Source: Phenylobacterium sp.
Lineage (GTDB): Bacteria; Pseudomonadota; Alphaproteobacteria; Caulobacterales; Caulobacteraceae
Length of the DNA stretch: 64,000 nt
Direction: 5' to 3'
NCBI RefSeq assembly: GCF_036264965.1
Contig: NZ_DATAPY010000024.1
Span: forward strand, 5,926 to 69,925
Shown here: positions 56,896 through 64,000 of the stretch, one piece after another
How positions within the stretch are numbered: position 1 is the first letter of the stretch
Layout: each line of letters opens with the position of its first letter
Made by a program: the position numbers and the translations under genes
The notes under the pieces: model-generated
Told to the model about the DNA's origin: nothing
Seen by the model: the letters and a program-made list of their open reading frames with translations, nothing else
Database searches by the model: none

Positions 56896-58887
56896 ATGAC
56901 CGGCAACTTACGAGACGACGCGGCGTCGAAGGCTGACGACTGGCAAAACCTTGGCGTTGCGCACTATCGCGCAGGCCGTTTTCCGGAGGCCGAAGCCGCG
57001 ATGCGCGCGGCGCTCACCTACGCTCCCGGGCGCCTGAACGCACTCGTCGGCATGGGAGCGATTTTGCGCGCGCAACGCCGTCTCGTAGAAGCGCTGGAGT
57101 TCCTGGATGCCGCGAGGGCTGTCGATCCCGATGCGCCGCAGGTTGCGATCAACCGCGCCAACGTTCTGAATGACCTGCAGCGATGGGACGCCGCTCTGGA
57201 GGCGGCCGACCGCGCGCTGATCGACTTGCCTGACCACTCATTCGCGAACAATGCCCGTGGTAACGCCCTGGCCGGACTTGGGCGATTCGCTGAGGCGCTG
57301 GAAAACTTCCAGGAAGCCGTGCGGCTCGCGCCGGACAATATGGTCGCTCGGTACAACTGCGCGACAATGCTCCTCCGCCTCGATCGAGCGGACGAAGCCT
57401 TGGCCATCTATGACGCGACCACTGCGGCAACGCCCAAGGCAGCCAAGGCGTGGGCCGATCGTGGCCATCTATTGATGCAGCAACGCCGGTGGGCCAAAGC
57501 CGTGGCAGACTATGACCGCGCCTTCGATCTCGACCCCAACCTGCCCAACTTGGCGGGTCAGCGCCTTCACGCCCGAATGAAGCTCTGCGATTGGCGCGAC
57601 TTCGACTCCGCCGTCGCCGACCTTGGTCTTCGGATCGACGCGGGCAAGCCTGCGAGTTTGCCTTTCAGTGTCATCGCAGCGGCACTCTCGCCCCGCCAGC
57701 AATTGCGCTGCGCTACGGTCTATTCGGCCCGGACCTTCGCTGCACAGCCGCGGCCTGCCGCCGCTCCACCCGGCCGCCGCATCCGGATCGGGTATTTCTC
57801 GGCGGATTTTCACGAGCACGCGACCGCCCATCTGATGGCGGAAATGGTCGAGTTGCACGATCGGCAGTCGTTCGACGTGGCGGCGCTTTCATTTGGCCCG
57901 CCAAGCGACGGCCCAATGCGCAGCCGACTGAAGGCGGCCTGCGAACGCTTCTACGATGTGGAGCACCTGACGCCCGCGGCAATCAGCGAGGTCTCGCGTG
58001 GCTTGCCGCTGGACATCGCCGTCGATCTCAAGGGCTTCACCACCCTGTCGCGCCCCAAGATTTTCGCCGCCGGCGTCGCGCCGATCCAGGTGAGTTTCCT
58101 GGGCTATCCGATGACCACGGGCGCACCCTTCATCGACTACCTGATCGCCGACCGCACCCTGATCGCCGCGGACGAGCGGGAGTTCTATTCCGAAAAGATC
58201 GCCTGGTTGCCGGGCTGCTACCAGCCAAATGACCGCAAACGCCCTATCGCCGGAGAGACTGGCGTCCGCGCCGACCACGGCCTGCCCGACGAGGCATTCG
58301 TCTTCGCCAGCTTCAACAACGCCTACAAGATCACGCCCAGCATGTTCGGGCTGTGGATGGACCTGTTGCGTGCTGTTCCCGGCTCGGTGCTGTGGTTGCT
58401 GCAGGCCGAAGCCACGGCGATGAGTAATCTCACGGCGGCGGCGGAGCAGGTCGAGGTTGATCCCGGCCGATTGGTGTTCGCCCCGCTTCGCCCGCTCGAC
58501 CAGCACCTGGCGCGGATCGGCCATGCCGATCTCTTCCTCGACACCTCGCCCTGCTGCGCCCACACCACCGCCAGCGACTCGTTGTGGGCCGGGCTGCCGC
58601 TTTTGACGCTGAAGGGCGAGACCTTCGCCGGGCGGGTCGCCGCCAGCCTGCTGACCTCCGTCGGCTTGCCGGAACTGATCGTGGAGGACACGACCGCCTA
58701 CCGCGACATGGCCCTGGTCTTGGCCCGCAACCCCAAGCGTCTGGCCGACCTGCGCGCGCGATTGGCCAGGGCTCGCGGCGCGTCAGCCCTGTTCGACACC
58801 CCGACCTATGTGCGCGGTCTCGAGGACCTCTATCGGGCCATGCACGATCGCCGGCTGGCGGGCCTGGCGCCCGCCCATCTGCCCTAG
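56896..58887 (+). CDS. TPR + SPINDLY/O-GlcNAc transferase-like (GT41) protein
   Basis: N-terminal TPRs, IRIGYFSADFHEHATAHL, DLKGFT, FLGYP, ASFNNAYKIT and DLFLDT..AHTTASDSLWAGLP. Confidence 0.92.
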   Translation: MTGNLRDDAASKADDWQNLGVAHYRAGRFPEAEAAMRAALTYAPGRLNALVGMGAILRAQRRLVEALEFLDAARAVDPDAPQVAINRANVLNDLQRWDAALEAADRALIDLPDHSFANNARGNALAGLGRFAEALENFQEAVRLAPDNMVARYNCATMLLRLDRADEALAIYDATTAATPKAAKAWADRGHLLMQQRRWAKAVADYDRAFDLDPNLPNLAGQRLHARMKLCDWRDFDSAVADLGLRIDAGKPASLPFSVIAAALSPRQQLRCATVYSARTFAAQPRPAAAPPGRRIRIGYFSADFHEHATAHLMAEMVELHDRQSFDVAALSFGPPSDGPMRSRLKAACERFYDVEHLTPAAISEVSRGLPLDIAVDLKGFTTLSRPKIFAAGVAPIQVSFLGYPMTTGAPFIDYLIADRTLIAADEREFYSEKIAWLPGCYQPNDRKRPIAGETGVRADHGLPDEAFVFASFNNAYKITPSMFGLWMDLLRAVPGSVLWLLQAEATAMSNLTAAAEQVEVDPGRLVFAPLRPLDQHLARIGHADLFLDTSPCCAHTTASDSLWAGLPLLTLKGETFAGRVAASLLTSVGLPELIVEDTTAYRDMALVLARNPKRLADLRARLARARGASALFDTPTYVRGLEDLYRAMHDRRLAGLAPAHLP

Positions 58888-58903
58888 CGCTGCGCTGCAG
58901 CCC

Positions 58904-58982
58904 AAAAAAAAGCCGCGCCCGAAGGCGCGGCAGTTCATAGGGAGGAAACGCCCAGGAAGGGCAGAGGCGGCAAGGCCGCCTC
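58904..58982 (-). ncRNA. alpha-r8/suhB-family sRNA (MmgR-like)
   Basis: 5' hairpin GAGGCGG-ccttg-CCGCCTC, core CTTCCTGGGCGTTTCCTCCCT, terminator GCCGCGCC-ttcg-GGCGCGGC plus T8. Near the N-formylglutamate amidohydrolase gene, as known for mmgR. Confidence 0.85.
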
Positions 58983-58990
58983 ACGAATTC

Positions 58991-59019
58991 AATGTACGGT
59001 GCGATGCACAACGACGCAA
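58991..59019 (-). promoter_or_regulatory. sigma70-type promoter of the sRNA with TTGTGCA heptamer
   Basis: TTGCGT, 17 nt, TACATT. The spacer holds TTGTGCA (59011-59005), the heptamer recalled from mmgR promoters. Confidence 0.75.
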
Positions 59020-59249
59020 GCGGGTGCGACAAAAAACCTGCATTTTCATGACTGTGACATGAGAAACCCTAGGCTTTTCCGGACCTTGCGCGACGCCGCG
59101 TAAACCCCATTTAGTTTGCACCGCACAACAGCCTGGCTATTGTCGGCTTGACGGGCGAGCGCCGACCCCAACTCCAAGCTGGCGGTTGCGCCTTCTCTCC
59201 CCTACAAGCGCGCCTTCCTCGCTCCCCCGAGACTGTCGTCAAGAATCCC

Positions 59250-61082
<1,833 letters not shown>

Positions 61083-61127
61083 AAGTCGGGCGCGGGGCGT
61101 GAGACGCCTATATGAGGGAGATCAGCC

Positions 61128-61799
61128 ATGACCCTCACCGGCCCGTCCAAACCGCCCCGCCACTATCCGACACCGGCCGCGAAGTGCGCTGACCTGGTGG
61201 TGCATGTGGTCGGGCTGACGCTGGCGCTGGTGGGCGGCATCGTCCTCCTGGCGCTGGCCGTCCGCGCCGGATCGATCACCCAGGTGGTCGGCGTCTCGAT
61301 CTACGCCGCGGGCGTCCTGGCCATGTTGGGGTTCTCCACGGCCTACAATTTCGCCAAGGCCAAGTATCGGCCCGTGCTGCGCCGGCTCGACCACGCCGGC
61401 ATCTTCCTGATGATCGCCGGCTCTTACACGCCCTTCACCATCCACAACCTGACCGGCGGCTGGGCCTGGGGCATGACGGCGGCCATCTGGTCGCTCGCGG
61501 CCTTCGGCGCGCTGGGTAAGATCTTCTGGATCAACATGGACCGCCGCATCGGCGTCGGCGTCTATCTGGCGCTGGGCTGGCTGGTGGTGGTGGCGCTGAA
61601 GCCGATGATCGACAGCGTCTACTGGGTGGCCCTGCTGCTGCTGCTGGCCGGTGGAGTCCTCTATTCGACGGGCGTGATCTTCTATGTGAACAAGCGCCTG
61701 AAGTTCTCCCGCGCGATCTGGCACGGCCATGTGGTGGCCGCCGCCGCCGCCCACTGGACCGCCGTCCTGCTGGGCGTCGTCCTCTTCAGCCGCAGCTAG
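61128..61799 (+). CDS. Hemolysin III/PAQR-family membrane protein
   Basis: STAYN, RRLDHAGIFLMIAGSYTPF, YLALGW and IWHGHV. About 7 TM segments. Confidence 0.93.
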   Translation: MTLTGPSKPPRHYPTPAAKCADLVVHVVGLTLALVGGIVLLALAVRAGSITQVVGVSIYAAGVLAMLGFSTAYNFAKAKYRPVLRRLDHAGIFLMIAGSYTPFTIHNLTGGWAWGMTAAIWSLAAFGALGKIFWINMDRRIGVGVYLALGWLVVVALKPMIDSVYWVALLLLLAGGVLYSTGVIFYVNKRLKFSRAIWHGHVVAAAAAHWTAVLLGVVLFSRS

Positions 61800-61909
61800 A
61801 GCCCTTCCCACTCAGGTTGAATCAACCTGAGTGGGCAAGAAGGGTTCCAGATATAGGCGACGACCCTGTTCCGGCTGACTTGATCCAAGTCAGCCGGAAC
61901 AGGGTCTAG
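61796..61909. repeat. CIR/Bru-RS-type 114-bp intergenic element bounded by CTAG
   Basis: CTAGAGCCCT..AGGGTCTAG ends. Perfect 14-bp hairpin centred on GAATC (61807-61835) and 21-bp hairpin (61862-61906). Confidence 0.85.
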
Positions 61910-62364
61910 GCGTAGACCCGCTCCATCCAGGTGTCGCCGCGGACGTAGTCGTTGCGCGCCGGTGGTCCGATGTCGGTGAAGCCCATCGCCCGGTAGAGCC
62001 CCAGCGCCGGCGCCAGGCTGGAATTGGTTTCCAGATAGAGCCGGCGGACGCCATCCTCGGCGCCGGCGTCGATACAGCGCTGCATCAGCATCCGTCCCAG
62101 GCCGGAGCCTCGTAGGGTCTCCGACACCGTCATCTTGGCGACCTCATAGCCGCCGTCGTCCATGGGGATCAGGGCTACGCAGCCCACCGCCTCGCCCTCA
62201 TGCAGGGCCACGAAGATGCGCCCGCCGGCGTCGACGATCTTGCGTTGAGGGTCGCCCAGCACCTCGCGGTCCTTGGCCTCGATGGCGAAGTACTTCGAGA
62301 TCCAGGCCTCATTGAGGATGCGGAACGCCTCGGCGTGGCTGGGCTCGAACTCGACGATCTGCAT
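61906..62364 (-). CDS. GNAT-family N-acetyltransferase
   Basis: AFRILNEAWI, EVAKMTV..LRGSGLG and LYLETNSSLAPALGLYRAMGF. Confidence 0.92.
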   Translation of the reverse strand: MQIVEFEPSHAEAFRILNEAWISKYFAIEAKDREVLGDPQRKIVDAGGRIFVALHEGEAVGCVALIPMDDGGYEVAKMTVSETLRGSGLGRMLMQRCIDAGAEDGVRRLYLETNSSLAPALGLYRAMGFTDIGPPARNDYVRGDTWMERVYA

Positions 62365-62424
62365 GGACGTGGACGCTCCGGTCGGGTCATGAAGGCAAAG
62401 CTCCACCTCCAGCCCGATGATCTA

Positions 62425-63585
62425 ATGGCCAACCCGATCTACTCAAGCCTGCCGATGACCGTCTTCGAGGAGATGTCGGGTCTCGCCAGGACCTTGGGCG
62501 CCATCAACCTCGGCCAGGGCTTTCCCGACGATCCGGGGCCGGAGGCGATCCGCGCCAAGGCCGCGGACGCCATCCTGAACGGCTACAACCAGTATCCGCC
62601 CATGGCTGGGCTGCCGGAGCTGCGCCAGGCGGTGGCCGGCCACTACGCCCGCACCCAGGGTCTCGACCTCGATCCTGCGACCGAGATCACCATCACCTCC
62701 GGCGCGACCGAAGCCCTGGCGGCGGCCGTCTTCGCCCTGATCGAGCAGGGCGACGAGGTGATCGTCTTCCAGCCGCTCTACGACGCCTATCTGCCGCTGA
62801 TCCGCCGGGCCGGCGGCGCGCCCAAGCTGGTCAGCCTGGCGCCGCCGCGCTGGCGCTTCGACCGGGCGATGCTGGAGGCGGCGTTCAGCGACGCGACGAA
62901 ATATGTGGTGCTGAACAACCCCAACAATCCGGCCGGCGTGGTCTTGCCGGACGAGGACCTGGCCCTGCTGGCCGAGCTTTGCGTCAGGCACGACGTCATC
63001 GCCATCTGCGACGAGGTCTGGGAGCAGGTGGTGTTCGGCAATGCGAAGCACCGGCCGCTGATCGCCTTTCCGGGCATGCGCGAGCGCTGCGTGAAGATCG
63101 GCTCGGCCGGCAAGATGTTCGGTCTGACCGGCTGGAAGGTAGGGTTCATGTGCGCCGCGCCGGCGCTGACCTACAGCCTCGCCAGCGCCCACCAGTTCCT
63201 GACCTTCACCACCCCGCCGAACCTGCAGACCGCCGTGGCCTGGGGCCTCGACAATTCCGAGGACTGGTTCCGCCAGATGCCGCGCGACCTGCAGCGCTCC
63301 CGCGACCGATTGAGCGAGGGGCTGAAGCGCGAGGGTTTCGCCGTCCTGCCGACGCAGGGCACCTACTTCCTGAACCTCGACCTGGCCGCCTCCGGCGTGT
63401 CGGCCGGCGACCGCGAATTCTGCCTGCGGGCGGTCAAGGAGGCGGGCGTCGCCGCGATCCCCATCTCGGCGCTCTACGAGGAAGAGCCGGTGAGCCACAT
63501 CGTGCGCCTGTGCTTCTCCAAGCGCGATGAGACCCTGGACAGCGGGATCGCGCGGCTGGCCAAGGCGCGGGACCTATTCGTATAG
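62425..63585 (+). CDS. PLP-dependent aminotransferase class I/II (YbdL-like)
   Basis: AINLGQGFPD, NQYPPMAGLPELR, TSGATEAL, NNPNNPAG, DEVW and GSAGKMFGLTGWKVG. Confidence 0.93.
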   Translation: MANPIYSSLPMTVFEEMSGLARTLGAINLGQGFPDDPGPEAIRAKAADAILNGYNQYPPMAGLPELRQAVAGHYARTQGLDLDPATEITITSGATEALAAAVFALIEQGDEVIVFQPLYDAYLPLIRRAGGAPKLVSLAPPRWRFDRAMLEAAFSDATKYVVLNNPNNPAGVVLPDEDLALLAELCVRHDVIAICDEVWEQVVFGNAKHRPLIAFPGMRERCVKIGSAGKMFGLTGWKVGFMCAAPALTYSLASAHQFLTFTTPPNLQTAVAWGLDNSEDWFRQMPRDLQRSRDRLSEGLKREGFAVLPTQGTYFLNLDLAASGVSAGDREFCLRAVKEAGVAAIPISALYEEEPVSHIVRLCFSKRDETLDSGIARLAKARDLFV

Positions 63586-63710
63586 GTCCGCTCGTCCACG
63601 CTGGAAACCGATAGCTGTCCGGAAAGCCGAGGCCCCTGACCCGAGATGTTGCGATGGCAGGGAGAGTCGCATGCGCCCTCTGCCATCCTTTCACTTGTCA
63701 AAGAGCCACC

Positions 63711-63725
63711 GTTCTCGTTATGTTC
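63711..63725 (+). promoter_or_regulatory. LexA box overlapping a putative sigma70 promoter
   Basis: GTTC-tcgttat-GTTC. TTGTCA at 63695-63700, with TTATGT/TATGTT 17-18 nt downstream. Confidence 0.65.
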
Positions 63726-63803
63726 GCGATAGGCTTGGCGCGGCCAAAAGTCGAGAATTCGAAGGGTGATCGCCGACTCGGGGCCGCTTGCTGGGAGGGG
63801 CGA

Positions 63804-64000
63804 CTAGGGCGTTCGGGTCCGGTAGCGCGCCGGGGTGACGCCGAAGGTCTTCTTGAAGGCGGCGATGAAGGCGCTGGCGCTCTGATAGCCGGCGTCGAGC
63901 GCGGCTTCGGTGACCGGCGCGCCGGCGCTGAGCGACACCACCGCCTGCTGCATCCGCGCCCGGCCGCGCCAGGCCTCCAACGAGAGCCCGGTTTCGGCCT
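63804..64000 (-). CDS. AraC-family regulator, C-terminal part (5' end outside the window)
   Basis: ETGLSLEAWRGRARMQQAV..VTEAALDAGYQSASAFIAAFKKTFGVTPARY, stop TAG at 63806-63804. Confidence 0.9.
   Translation of the reverse strand, partial: AETGLSLEAWRGRARMQQAVVSLSAGAPVTEAALDAGYQSASAFIAAFKKTFGVTPARYRTRTP

Overview
GC-rich alphaproteobacterial chromosome segment, most consistent with Caulobacteraceae (Phenylobacterium-like), judged from gapR, cpdR, an orphan motA, GTTC-N7-GTTC LexA boxes and a CIR-type repeat. Mostly core or housekeeping genes: ftsH (5'-truncated), folP, thiD, serC-serA, the imuA-imuB-dnaE2 SOS cassette, mtgA, ald, gapR, folE, rpmJ, motA, mnmC, tRNA-Val(GAC), cpdR, typA and an mmgR/suhB-family sRNA. 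An accessory-looking stretch lies at about 11.95-18.3 kb. No CRISPR array, rRNA, integrase or intact transposase was seen. The strongest unexplained signal is a structured non-coding element present twice on the minus strand (about 12384-12540 and 15600-15738). The two copies show a compensatory base-pair change and a G-U-compatible change, flank a DUF3857/transglutaminase/TPR gene in direct orientation, and resemble from memory the non-coding leader of IS110-family elements, although no recombinase is present. Other leads: a hybrid histidine kinase divergent from a small-protein plus membrane-protein pair; a LexA-boxed uncharacterised helical protein; a LexA box with no downstream gene; a ubiquitin-like MoaD plus beta-propeller pair; a 53-aa passenger-less PEP-CTERM-like protein missed by the ORF track; and a series of CTAG junctions between convergent genes that look like empty, footprint and filled sites of a CIR-like element. 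All assignments are by eye and motif recognition; no searches were run.
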